NCBI GenBank assembly: GCA_009103225.1
Contig: RHPI01001168.1
Location: 403,986-467,985, forward strand
DNA: 64,000 nucleotides
Reading direction: 5' to 3'
Origin: Chlorokybus atmophyticus
Taxonomy: Eukaryota; Plantae; Mesostigma and Chlorokybus algae
In this document: positions 9,350-22,695 of the stretch, in pieces
Numbering within the stretch: the first letter of the stretch is position 1
Layout of the letters: every line of letters starts with the position of its first letter
The notes under the pieces: generated by a model
What the model saw: the letters and a program-made list of their open reading frames with translations, nothing else
The model's database searches: none
What the model was told of the DNA's origin: nothing
Made by a program: the position numbers and the translations under genes

Positions 9350-10060
9350 CTTTGTGTCTGCAACCTCCGTCTGCGCATGTTAATCACGCGCCCTTGCCAT
9401 TAGAGAGGACGAACGAACACCATCCACTACAACTCCTTAAGGTCCTCACCAATGCTAAAAAGCAATCGCCATCATGGCATGCTCCTCTTAGGTTGCCTCA
9501 TCGTAAATCCTCTTTTGGCACTCGCAAATGAAGTGTCCCTTCATATTACAGTTGTGACACTTTTTGTCATGTAATGCTTCCCACCACTTGCTTTGTTCCT
9601 ATTGCGGTTGTGTTGAGGATTCAAAGCAGAAAGTGCGATAAGTTCTCCAGCATTCTCTATCTCCTCAACGTCCAACTTGCCTTTCACAACTAGCAGCTGA
9701 AGCACTGTATTAGCCAATGTTAACACCACATCAGAAGACTCCAACACTGTCATTAGCGTAGCATAATTCTCATGAGCCAACCAGGACTGCCCGCATTACC
9801 TCCTCTTCTTTCACATCGTAACACACTGCCGCAAGGTCTTGCCAAAGCTTCTATGCACACATGATGTACTTCTGGACTGGCTCCTTGTGCTCCATCTTCA
9901 AGGGTTTGAGCTTGCGCCTCAGCTGCAACTTGTGCGCGTTGCTGTTGGCCTTGAGGAGGGTGTCGAAGACCGCCCATGCCGCACGTTCAATCTTGCAATC
10001 CATGATGAGAGAGATGGAAGTCTTTGTCGTGCAAACCTATTAGCGCAAGACTCCATTGTA
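9350..10060 (-). pseudogene. Ty1/Copia gag remnant with zinc knuckle
   Basis: Minus-strand translation across stops and frameshifts: SLALIGL..IMDCKIERAAWAVFDTLLKANSNAHKLQLRRKLKPLKMEHKEPVQKYI..EEEVMRAVLVG..YATLMTVLESS, plus a CHNCNMKGHFICEC (CX2CX4HX4C) knuckle at 9518-9559. Confidence 0.85.
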
Positions 10061-12567
10061 GCTTGCTAGTAGGCAAGGTTAAGTTGTTGGTGAATGTGCT
10101 ACAAACATCGTGTTTAGACCACGCATTTGGCGAGGGCTTTTGTCAAGGATTGCTTGGAGTATAAGTCAAGTTTTAACAGCATTGCCAGCATTCACATTCA
10201 CATCGACAAGAGGAGCACATGGTGGTGTGGTTGGATGATGAAGTGCTTAATGAGCTATTAGTAGCACTTCAAGAGGGGGAGAATTACGCCAATTGATTCT
10301 AGATGAATACATCAAGTGTTGTAGCAAGCATGATTCATACATGCACTCGTGTGTGACTGCACAGTAATATAGTGCTGCTTGGAAAGCTAATGTTTTCATC
10401 AACAATTTTCAAGCAAATCTTGTAATTGGCTTTTATTAGTGCAATAGGCTTGGCTTGCTCAATGCATTAAATGTGGGCATGGAAATATATATGGCTGCAA
10501 TAAAGTGCCTACTTGCGTTGCTTACGGTTGTGTGGATTGGGGTATTTGTTAATGGTATGTGGTCATTGTTCCACACTATATACATGTTGTCTCATCCAAG
10601 CAAGATCCTGCGGTGCATTTAAGGCTTTAATGGATTATTACTTGACTAGGACTGACACAACTTGTAAAGCTTCACTGACCTGCCATTCTCAAAGAACTTG
10701 TTTGTAGTGCTGCTGCAGCTCTTGGGGGGAGTTGTCAGCAGTTTGTGATGCTCCTTAAGAGTCATGTGAGGTGCCGCACCGTTGCGTGACTTCTCCTGTT
10801 GGCTGTGTAACAGGGTGAAGTACGTTGCCTTCGCGAGGCTCGATGGGGCCGGCATTGATGCTTGCACATCGATTTACACATTCATGGAGCCAATGCAACA
10901 AATAGTCACTTGGCGGCGGCAGCCAATCTTGATGTTTTGAGTAAATGATTTATGTACATCGACAATGTCACTTATAGCAACCCATGCTTGTATTAACTTA
11001 AACTAATAATTAACTTTAAGATAGTTCTTACGAAACAGTTTGGACATACAAGTGGCGCATTACGATTCAAAAGTAATCAAGTTGTTGCACTCTCTACTGG
11101 GACACTTGTGGAATCAACACTGCAAAGATGTTGTGTTAATCCTCTTACGCTGCTGTCTATTGCAAAGGATGATGTCGCAGGTGCATTCATTATAAGCGCC
11201 CAACACTCAGCTAAATGTGGAGTGAAAAAGGTGCGTGTTATGAGCTGTGTAAAGACTTTGCATTTTACAGCTGGTGGTCACGGACTCAGCAATTGTAGCA
11301 CTTCTCAGTCTGTGCCATGCCGGCATTATGTTTATGCCGCATCCATGATTATCCATCCGTGAACACATATAAATTTGACTCATCAAGGATGTTGTGATGG
11401 TCGTCCTCGTGAACTACTATTCATCCGTGAGATGTTTATTGCAAGCGTGTCTATTGTAAGCGCCCAACAACCAGCCAACTGTTTAGCAAAAAAAGGTGCG
11501 AGCATGTCATGAGCTATGTTGAGACTTATCTTGAAAGGTAAAGCTGGTGGTCATGGATAATGCAATTGTAGCACTACTCACTATGCCCTGCCGTTATCTT
11601 GTTTAAGCTGCATTCAGGATAATTCCTCACTGTATGTTATTGCCTTCGGCATTTTACATGCAGCATACCACGTGTCCACTTTTCACAGCCATTAATGTTG
11701 TATCGATGCCCAATGCCTCCAGCTTAGGGTTATACAAATGGCACTCACATAACACATAATAACCCTGCCAATTAGCAAGCTTCGACGGCGCCGCGCCTTG
11801 TGCGTCAACTAATCGCTGAATTTTGCACACTCATGAGTTGATCAACAGTCCAAAAGTGACATTTTTGACAGCGGCAGGCAGGGCTCATGCACCCCTCAGG
11901 CTCTGGTCAGTCTCCGTGTAAAATTTGCGACGTAGGCCATGGTTGCACACATACACAAGTGTCTATGAGCGAAGTCCGCATCCACATAAGGCTTTTTGCA
12001 CATGTACACTGTGGTGGTACCCGTGCCGCACAAGCAATGATTCCACATATGATGTCGATGTCGCGGCTGGCCACTTAGTGGGGATCGTCAATGAGGTGAG
12101 CGGGCACATGGTTAAAGGAGTTGGCCGCCGACGTGATGTGAGCCGTCAGCTCGATGTAGAGCTTGGCTCTTCTTGAAGTTCTCCATTCAAGTGGTGTCCA
12201 TGTAGCGCGTGGACACCTCGGCACATGCGTTGGGGTTGATGGAGGTGGTGGGCTCGCGGCGAAGTATGCTCGCATATAAATGGTGAGTGGGCCCTTCAAC
12301 AAGGCTCCTGAGGGATGGTGGGCACCTTCCCAGGCTACAAGCGCATATTCGTTGTCTCTAACACCTCCTCGCCATGGCGTTTGAGAGCGTCATGCATAGG
12401 ATGGAGGAGCGGCTTTGCGAGCTTCGTGCACTTGGTGTGGAGGTTCGCATGTTTCTCATCCTCCTCTTCCTCCTCCTCCTCTTCACCATCATCACCCTTC
12501 TTGCTCACCTCCTCCTCTCATCTACCGACAAAGGGGTTGGTGGGTGGGTTGTGGGGTGGTGGTGGTG

Positions 12568-12610
12568 NNNNNNNNNNNNNNNNNNNNNNNNNNNNNNNNN
12601 NNNNNNNNNN

Positions 12611-12649
<39 letters not shown>
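12568..12649. other. Assembly gap (43 N) followed by a 39-nt poly-G run
   Basis: Directly visible. The poly-G next to a gap may be a sequencing artefact. Confidence 0.95.
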
Positions 12650-12650
<1 letters not shown>

Positions 12651-12840
12651 GGCGCACCTCTCTCGCTTCCGTCTCCTTCCTTCCTCTTCCTGCACGCAAC
12701 GCATACTCTTAACCCGCACTGAGCAATCGGCGGCAAACTTAGCCGCCGCAGCCGTGGCATTCACCTCCTCCTCACCATCTCGGTAGCTGTTTTGCGACCT
12801 TGTGTTGGGCATGGTGGAGCTATGCTCCCCCTACCTCCTC

Positions 12841-13826
12841 ACCACACGCGCCACCCATGCCAATGATGGCGCCGCCGTGCTAGGATTTTTAAGCGACTAG
12901 GGTAAGTTCACCTAAATTCGGAGTTGACCTTAATTTGATGAATGGGTACTTGAGGTGAGCTGGACAGCGCATGCAACGTGCAATCTTAGTGCAATTTATA
13001 GGGATGATAGAGCTCGTTCAGAGGTATTTAACAAACCAAAGACCGTCTGAACGACCATGTGCTGCACTAGTGTTGTATTGTTAAGAATACATAAACTTTA
13101 ACCATCTATAACCCTAACTTTTACAATGCTTAATGTAATAGTAACTTGTGCAGTACTTCACCACCTTGGGCAGTGTTGAGCGCTACGTAATCTTCTCCAT
13201 TCATTTAAAAAGAAGTTTTCAAGTTTCACACTGTTTGCGGCGGTACACCCAAAGTAAATCCACTTCAAGTGATTCTTTCTCCCAAAGTGCCCCTACACAT
13301 GGTTATGGGCATTATGGTGGTGTGATTGTTATATCCAAGTAGGGCCGCTCAAAAAGTTGGTGGCGGCCACAATAGTGATGTATAAGGTCGCCACCTGTCT
13401 TAACTACCAACCCTAGGAGAGCTGTTAAATAGCTTCAGAAAGTAGTAAGGTACTTCCGAAATTAGGGTCAACTCTGCTTTTGCGGAAACCCAAAAACCAC
13501 CCTATGTTTGCGCTCCGCCGACGGTGCGATACTTGTTCAAAAATTAAGAATGAAAATACCGCCGTGTACATAAAAAACTCAGCTCTGAGGAACACACATA
13601 CACTACCACCGGAAACGCAACGTAGCAAACGTTATAAGCTTCTAACCTCCAAAACCTTCGAAATTAGGTGGATTTACCCTACACTAGAAGCTTGCGACTC
13701 ACGACTCAAACCCAGTGAGTGCGTTTGCCCTCTAATGCTTGGAGCATTATGGGCTTAAGAGTCTCATAACTTGTGAATGAGTTCTTAAGTTTACAGGCAC
13801 GCATTTGATGCGTTTTATGAACTCAT
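12841..13826 (-). mobile_element. Third, older copy of repeat A (probable left end of a YR element), split by a MITE
   Basis: 12844-12899 aligns to 1-55 and 13682-13826 aligns to about 56-200. The pieces are collinear once the 780-bp insertion and one TA are removed. Confidence 0.75.
12900..13679. mobile_element. 780-bp non-autonomous DNA transposon (MITE) with ~23-bp imperfect TIRs and TA target duplication
   Basis: Left end GGGTAAGTTCACCTAAATTCGGA versus right-end reverse complement GGGTAAATCCACCTAATTTCGAA. TA at 12898-12899 and 13680-13681. No coding capacity seen. Confidence 0.8.
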
Positions 13827-14975
13827 ATCACATCTACTGCTATAGTTATAACTTCAAAGCCTTGGATAATTGTGACACTTGTTGTCAAACCCTTGTTGAA
13901 AAGTATTTCAGCCGCTGCTACTTTTTACGGTATAAACATCGAAGTTCATCCAACCAATCGGCTTCCGCTTTATTTACCATGCATAACTGCTCTACCTCAC
14001 ATCGGGCTATACATGGTGTAAACAATTATATGCTGCAAGTTGGTCGTGCAGGCGGATGTCTGCTATTGATGCCGTTACCGCTTCATGTTAATGATTGGAC
14101 TAATGTAACATTTTTCAGTACATGATAGGAGGAATTTGTATATTATAAACATTACAATGGTCTGGGCGAAATTTACTGGCGGATTTCGCTTTTGTGGTTG
14201 GTGGGCTTGCAATCATGGCCATAATTTGTGGAAGCCCCAATCAGCGGATGTCGCAGCAGTTGATAATGTACTCACGCCGCTACCAATGTCTTCTTTTGCC
14301 GCACGTTTTGCTGCTCAAGTGTTTGTCCATGCTTACCAACTTATATGCACTCGTAATGTTGGACACAAACTTACCAGTAACATTTTCGGCTTTATTCTTG
14401 GCTTTACATAATGTATTCAAGACACTATTATGTTGGAATGCATGGGCCCGCACTAACTAGTAGCGCGCTTGTGTGTGAATACCGAGTTTATACAACCATC
14501 ATGGTTTGAAAGGAAATGAAGTTCATTAAATAGAGTATGCCTCATCTAGTGTCCGCTTTAATATAACACCAACCTAATGTAAGGAGTATTTAGTCGTATA
14601 TGCACTCGGTGACAGCATATATGAAATCATGCACGAATCCTCGAATAGTCACCACATGTAACTGTCATTTGGACCATGAGGTGTATTGTTCACAGATGCA
14701 CCCGGTGAATACGCACACGCGTATGTGCCTATTGCTCGTGTGTGTGTGTGTGTGTCCGTGAGATACACACTGTGCATGTGTCATACATGCATACATGTAC
14801 ATGTATGCATGAATGATACATGCACAAAGTGTACTACACACACGCATGCACGCACGCTCGCCCGCCCACCCGCCCTCACCGACAGGTGTGGCATTCTCTC
14901 TCTCTCTCTCTCTCTGCACTATATATGGGTGTGACACGTATGCTGGCATATGCATTGCGCATAACAATGCAATAT

Positions 14976-14976
<1 letters not shown>

Positions 14977-15042
<66 letters not shown>
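14977..15042. repeat. (CA)33 microsatellite
   Basis: Directly visible. Confidence 0.95.
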
Positions 15043-15045
<3 letters not shown>

Positions 15046-18000
15046 TGTGTGTGGCACATTAATGTGTATGTGTATATATGCGTATAAAAATAAAAAATGT
15101 AAAGTAGATTTGCTTTATGATATAGGTGTTGCTACCTATGGCGGCGGCGGCCATGACTGGTGGCTTGTCGCAGTCTTAATTAAAGGCCTTAACCAGTCAA
15201 GGATAGGTAGTAGTGGCTTTATCGTCTATGGTGGAGGCAAAGATTTCAGCTTGCTTCGCAACCTGTAGCTGCCAATTGCAGTGGGCCAGCGTTAGCAATT
15301 AGCGACTACCTTATTAATGTCTTGATTGCAGATGGACTCCTAAAGAGGCAAAGTGTTATCGTTTAAATGAATGCAAGATATTTATTAACTTGCAATATAT
15401 ATACTAGGTGCTTTGCATGCGGACCCCGCAGCCAACTATGACTCTGCTGGTGTCCTACGGTAGGGAAGAATGAAGATGACAACTTGCGTATCCACTTTAT
15501 CGGCAAGCACTATACAGTGCATAACGAGGATGTTGTAAGTAAGAGTTTTGATTTTCATTCATCGTTCTAGCCGCCAATCTGTGCCATCTAAGTCACTCAA
15601 CTTGACCTGTTGGCAAATAGGTGGTGCTAGCTGATAATATTCGAATCAAATTTATTGAGTACTTACACTAAGCACACCAAATAATCATCATGTATGTTGC
15701 AAACACCTTTTAATCCACCTTTTAATGCGACTAAGCTAACATGCTACAACTTATGTAGACCTCAAAAACCACACCCCTTAAAGAGAGCATGTTTTGTGTG
15801 TGTATTATGACGTGTGCATTTTAAACTTTTTAATGCACACAGAATGCTTCGAATCCACGCTTTAAGCTAGTCGGCATATGAGTGAGGCTTTGAAAACCTT
15901 GAGATGCTAATTTGCAACCTGCTGCTGAGCAATGTGCTCTAGTTAACACGCCCGCAGGGCTAACAAAAGTTGTTACTACTTACTCAAATGAGCAGAATGT
16001 GAATGTGTGCTATTCATGTGGACTAGTTGGTTCATGCGAACTTATTGTTTCACAATAGTTGATAGTATTAAGGTGTGTGGTGCTTTGTTGATTGAACCAC
16101 AAATGACGTCATCGCATTCTTGGGACTCAACACAAACATTGCATTACACAAAACATTGATATGTGCTACGACAGAGCTAACCAGTGTGTCTATCATGACC
16201 ATCATGGCCGCCAAACTCACATAATGTGAGCTTGATGTCACAGCGTTGTGACATTGATTGCCATGTATGATGATTCTAAGGCAGCTATGTGCTGTAACGG
16301 GCAATTTACATCAATGTGACATTGTCGGCCGTCGCATGTCTGCTGTAAGCAGATGGAATTGAGTGACATCTTATGTCGTCATGTGTTGGACAACTCAAAG
16401 TTGATGTCCTGTGATGGGACAAGTCCTGTATTAACTTAAATTAAGCATCTCTCAAGCCTATGTTAAAATTTTCGAGGTAAACTTTAACACTAGGCTTGCC
16501 GGTAACTGTTCTGCATTCAATACTGTTGTTGAATGCAACTTATATAACATGCTACCATACATACAGACCTTCAAGATTGAGACCCTCTTTAAAGGCATCC
16601 CTTACGGCGTAAACATTTATCAAAAATTACGTGATGGGTGGATCGACACACGAGCATGTTGTGAAAATTACAAACATGCTCATAAGCATGCATCCCACGA
16701 CTGCGCAATGTGCCATGGTGTTATTACTTAAACAATGTCTCAAACTAGGGAATATGTGGGCAAGTGAATATCACATGTGTTTGTGGACATGTATTGATGC
16801 TATTGCAGGGTTGGTGGCCATGATATGCTTCATACAGCAATTATTCTATCATTACCCACCGGGTCATGATGTGATACAGTGTTGGTACGACTTTTTTAAA
16901 CCCGGGGGTGCAATGTTATAAAACAAGTAAACCTCGACGTTAATCTTCTCGCATAGGCCTTCAAACTCCGCTCCCAACCATATATGGCACAAACATGGAT
17001 CAATTCTACATAGTTTGCAACATGGTGGCTCAAAAAGTCCAAGTTTTAGTAATTGCCAATAGTACAAATAGTATAAATAGTACAGCAGCCATCCAAGTGT
17101 TAAGAGTATCTACACAGGGGCCATGTCACTAGTAGTGTGACAGGTCAGCACACAGTGACAAGCCTTACTAGTCTTGAACACTGTCCGGTTGCGAGACCAG
17201 CAAGTGAGTGTATAAGTTTGTGTAAGCTTATGGGTGGGCGTAAAGGTATGCACTCACCTGGGAGCCACTTGTGTACGGGGTGCCTGGCTTAGAGAGGTTT
17301 TAGGGGCCCTCCCTCTTAAGCTTGTCATCCTTCATGTGTGGTGGTGTGAGCATGTATGTGAGTGAGTACTTGGCAAGGGAAGGTGCTCCTGAGGTGGGCG
17401 TTCTCTTCCTTTGTAATGTTGTGCCGCTGTACCAAATGGTACTTAGTAACAAAAGTTGTATTGCTATACTTCCTCATAGCTGGAGTTATAAGTGCTTGTG
17501 ATTGTGCATTGGTGTGCAGTGCCTACAAGCAAGTAAGTAAGGGTGGAATCTTTACGACTCGTTGTCCACTAAACAACATTTAAAACTAGAAAGATGTGCG
17601 CAAGTAAATGTGCGTCTCTTGCCATGTGTTGATGCTATTGCAAGGTGAATAGCCATGTTGTAGTTACCAAATGTGTAACGACCATCTCAATTGCCGTAGC
17701 AAGAAAGGCGCTATGAAGAGAGGAGGCATAACGTTATTTGAATTTTTTAATGAGCGCTGCGTTACATTCCTCCCGGTGTTAACACGCGCAGCCTGTCCGC
17801 ATCTCAGTGAGGCTGTTACCACCGTTCCGGCAACATACAATGGCCCCGCACGATGCGCACACAGGACTGCACATGGTGCTACCTATGTGTCCACCTTGGT
17901 ACATGTTCCCATAAAGCACATTCGCACCTCCTCGACCATCTACATGCCACAGGGTACGAACCTTTGCTTCAGAACGCAATACCAACATAACAACCACTTC

Positions 18001-21000
18001 GGTCATCATAGTGAAAGGCGCTACAATGAGAGGAGGCGTAATGGTTTTATCATTTGATACCAAGCGCGGCGTTGCACACTACGTCATGTTGAGCTACAAT
18101 TATGGTTTGAGTTTAAAATATTGAGGTTGTTACACAGGTAATCTAATAAAACGCAATATTACTTTTTTTTGTGTTGCTTTCAAGTTCTACTTCTGTGCAT
18201 ATATGGCACGATTTTTCATCAATTTTACACAGGTTGCAATTCCGAGGTCAAAAAGTCCGAAATTTAAAGTAATGTTACAACTTACGAACGCATTGAAAGT
18301 GCTTTTGTTTATTGGTGTCTCAAACATAGTACGGTGGCCATGATAATTGTAAAAAGAGGGGGTGCTACCTCCTCCCTTCTATCCCCTACCCTAACACCAC
18401 AAGCCACGCCGTCCTCATCGCCGCTAGGGGCAACTGCCGGAGCAGAAGATCCCCTCGCTATAGCGGCTGTTGCGTTAGCATTGCCGCCATACAGCTGATA
18501 TCGACATGAGACTTATGTCTCATGTCGATATTAGCGTTACAGATAATTAACACTACATTAAAGCCCTAACACTAGGTCAACGGCCCTAGTACGGCATAAT
18601 TGGCTGTATATACACGGTGGGACCCTTATTTCATCATAAATAAAGGCGGGGAACCTCCACAGAGGTAGCACTCCGTTACAATAGTCGTGCGGTTATTGAC
18701 AAATTAACGACAAGGACTGATCAACTTGAACAACTATCGATACTGTTGAACACATCATGTAATATGTCATTTAGTATTATTGTAGTATTTAACGAAGCTG
18801 CAGAATTCACATTTGTCCGGGTCTTCTAAATTAATGGAAGCTTTTGTCAGGTCTGTTAGTTTAAGACCACGGGATTTGAGTCTTGGCCCGACTTATGGGG
18901 TCTTGTATGTCTTCATTGGTATCAACTTATTTCACGCTCAAATGCAAATATAAATCACGCGGTTGAATTCAAGCGAAGAGTGGCACGGGGTGTTGCTTCA
19001 ATGCCATTACTGGCATTGCTCTTGTGCCTTATAAATCTGTAACACATGAATAAGTAATTGCACAAAGAGGTACATAATATAGGCTGTCACCAATGGTTCC
19101 ACAAACTATGCATTAATACACACAATATCAATTGAAAGTGATCAGGAACCTGTGCAGAGTCGGCTTGATGTTACTGCTAGAAGCGGCGCAAGACCCTTGA
19201 AATTTTAATAATAATTACAATACCAACATTTTCGTTACGCCTGAGTTCAAAAAGCTAATGCTTAAAGCATTAGCATTATGTTTTATTGCTGACAACATTT
19301 TACATGATTGCTTAAGTTTATGTTTATGATGGGGTAATCTTGATAATTGATGGTGGCAATATTTGCCTCTACACTTCATGCAAGTTCATGCTCCATTGCC
19401 GTAACGCATTATGATACCACCTCATCACATGCATGCAACAAGTTGTAATGAACGCCCCAATCCATATGTTATGGCATGTGTATAATCATGCACATGCTTT
19501 TTGTTTCAGCTTCAACAGGCTCGTAAACGTTAAGCTCCGCAGCTCCCATGTCTTTGAAGGATGTCCTCATTCTTTGAAATCTGCTCAAACATTGCCATAA
19601 TCAAGTAAACGAACTCCGGTATATTGCGCATGGCAGCTCGCGCAATAAGCGCTGTTGGAAGTCCTCCATCTTTTATACAACACAATCTGCCTAATGAGGA
19701 CGGATAACATATGTATTGGCAACATCACGCTTTCCGCTGATTGTTAGTAAGTCAATTCGATTTTAAGCCAGATCAACCCTTTTATCATGTGTGTTGTAAT
19801 TGATCTTATTATGCAATGCTATGATAGATGGCATGACATTTGATAAAACAATTCACGAAACTCTGGGTGTAATGTGTTAAAACCGTTTTTTGTAAACCTG
19901 CTAGCAAAGTATTTACTCTTTTCATAGACACCTTGATAAGTCCATGACTATTGCGCCGTCAAATCTTGGTATCTCATGCATATAATGCTTCCACTTTGAG
20001 ATGTGCTGCCGCATTTTTAAAGTAATTGTGATGAACAAATCATTATTGGCTAGCGTGTCAATTACTGTAGCATTATAAACTATCCGTCAATGCAGTAATC
20101 ACAAGTTGAAAAGGGATGACTATAAAGTAAATACAACTTGAATTAATAATCCTCTTGTTCTACACGAAACCACGAGTTCCATCAATGGTCTGTTTGAATG
20201 TTACCAACCTTCAATGCATTACATATGTTTGTGCACCCATTTTGAAATGGATGATGACAGCGCGAACGCTTGGAGAAATAGCCATACAATGTTAGTAACA
20301 GACACCTTAATGGATCAATAGTTGTGTCGAGGCTCTTCATTGAAGTGATTGCATACGTGCGTGCATTCGTGCATGTGTGCGATGTGTTTACAAGTTGTTA
20401 TACAGTAACCAGTGTACCATTAAACATAACCACAAATATGTTTGCCAACAACTATTTCTCAATTAACATTTTCGGCTGATGATGCATAATGTAGTGTACC
20501 ACAATGCATTGATATAGTCATCATATACTTATGGTACATAACAACCATATTACTAGTGTGGTAGTACTCATGTGTAATCCAATTGTATTTAAGGCCCTTA
20601 AATATTATTATTATCAAGTAATACTGTATAGCTGTTTGCACTGTATTGCATATCATTGATTCTGTTTTAATTAGCGAGGTGTCAACAATGATACCTTATT
20701 GCTTATGTTGCATACTTCAAGGTAGGTACCACAGATACTTATAGGTAGGTAATCTCACCATGCTTTGGCAGTAAGTTGTTTTTTCACAATGACGTTTCTA
20801 CTGTGTTTTTTTATTTATAAGAGAATTTCAGCGACAATGCAGATATTCAATGTTCCGGCGATTATTTACATAACATGCAATGTAGTTACACATGCATGGG
20901 AACAGCAGTCTCAAGCTCTTGTAATTCCCATAAGCATGATCTTACATCAACGATACTTATGTTTAATGCACGTTGACGTCCACATCATCTATGATAAAGA

Positions 21001-21545
21001 TATTGCTAATGCAATAGCTTGTATATTGCATAATTAAGATTATACCAACAAGTGGCAAGCAAGAAGGGTATTGGTTTCCAACTATTACTACACGCATAAT
21101 GGTCAGCGGGATTGTACTACATGACGATCAATGCGATCAACTTGCGAGACTTGGCTGCAGCCCAAATGTGCTGCATACCACGCTCACTAACATGTATATT
21201 GTTCAAAGGCTTTGCTACTTCCTTGTTAAACAGGAAGGAACGCGGCACACACGCACGCAAGCACAAACAGCACCTATGCACAAACTCGCACGGGCGGTTG
21301 CACTCACATGCACTTGCAGAAGAGCACGCCGCGGCTTGTCTCGTGCAATCATCCACAGCAGCCTTGCAGGTGTTGTGTTGCTGCCAGCACAATGGCACTG
21401 TACAGATGCACCACAGCACGTGACACGGTTCGCCTAGTCCCCTTGTAACATGTTACGACCACAGTCATGCTTGCCGCAACACGCTCACAGCACATCGCTG
21501 TACAAAGCAGCACGACTCTGTGTCTCACTCGCGCGCGCCTCTCTC

Positions 21546-21935
21546 TCAGTCGACGGAGGGGTTCTGCAGGACGATGAGGATGTAGTCGTTGGCGGGGGCC
21601 ACGATGATCTCGTGCTTGCGGGAACGCACGCGCAGCACGCTCAGGTCGTCGTCCGCGGCGGCGGCAGCGCCGGCGGCAGCGTCTCCCCCCCTGGCTGCTG
21701 CTGCGGCGGCGGACAGCTCCCTCACCACGGCGCGTGCCTTGTGCGCCAGGTGGGTGAGGAGCGCCGCGTGCTGCACCGTGGCCGCCTTGTCCAGCGTGGT
21801 GCGGATGGGCACGCCGTCGCTGCTCACAACCACGCTGCCCAGCACACCGCGGTGGGACGCGATGCGCTTCAGCGCCTCCTCCACCTCACCCGCAGCGGCG
21901 GCTGACGCCGACCCCGACGTCATCGTGCTCGACAT
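21546..21935 (-). CDS. DYNLRB: Dynein light chain roadblock/LC7, single exon
   Basis: EVEEALKRIASHRGVLGSVVVSSDGVPIRTTLD...LSVLRVRSRKHEIIVAP..DYILIVLQNP is the roadblock signature. ATG at 21935, TGA at 21546. Confidence 0.93.
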   Translation of the reverse strand: MSSTMTSGSASAAAAGEVEEALKRIASHRGVLGSVVVSSDGVPIRTTLDKAATVQHAALLTHLAHKARAVVRELSAAAAAARGGDAAAGAAAAADDDLSVLRVRSRKHEIIVAPANDYILIVLQNPSVD

Positions 21936-22695
21936 CCTGCTCTGCTCTGTGCGTGCACGCTCCTTGTTGTGGTGTGGTGTGGAGCGGGTGTCAAGGAGGG
22001 ATGCCGGCCCTGTCACGCACTGCGATGCCAGTCAGGCAGGTGGGCGATGGCCAGTACAGTAGAAACAACACGACCTCATGCGAGGCGGCAACAAAGCACA
22101 AGGTGAGGCCGAGCGGAGCAAGGAGGCACGAGCGCAGGAGCAGGAGAACGTGGAACACACTGTTTGAGTGCATGAGGCTAGGGACACAAGAGCAGCACAC
22201 GGTCTTGAGACACCATGCCAAGCACAACCAGTAACGGTGCAAGCAAAAGAGGCAGGCAGCGATTTGCATGAGAGAGCAAGGTGGACACGTAATCAAAGTA
22301 CTTTGTTGGATAGAATCTGGGTTGCCTTAACCTGGCTGCTAGCCAACAACACATGCAACTCTTGTTGGTAGTTGCGTGCGTTTGTGCCTGAGCACAACAC
22401 AACACGCTATGGATGATATCCTGTCGGCTTGCCTTGTGATGCTGCCTGACGCAGAGATGCCGCGCAGCCCTTGAGCCCTCGACCAGATCGCCCTACCCAC
22501 TACTCCCTCTCATCCCTACCGCCGCCGCCGCCGCCGCCCTCACGTGCGTGTGCTTTCCCCCTGGCGCAGTCGTTGGTTGGTTTGCGGAAGTCACGCGCGT
22601 CGCGCGTCACGCCACACGCGAGGGCGTGACGTGACCAGCAAGAGATATCTGTGGACCCACTCGCCGAGCGTGTGGATAACAAGAAGGCGGCGGCG

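Noticed and set aside
12090-12105. LIDD peptide as a reverse-transcriptase YxDD motif
   Set aside because: It lacks the aromatic residue and surrounding RT motifs, and a stop follows two codons later.
12315-12786. Poly-G/poly-P ORFs across the gap
   Set aside because: They are produced by the N gap and G homopolymer; the sequence is unreliable there.
17098-17578. Possible solo LTR (TGTTA...CAACA)
   Set aside because: The flanks (CCAAG / TTTAA) are not a TSD and there is no second copy in the window.
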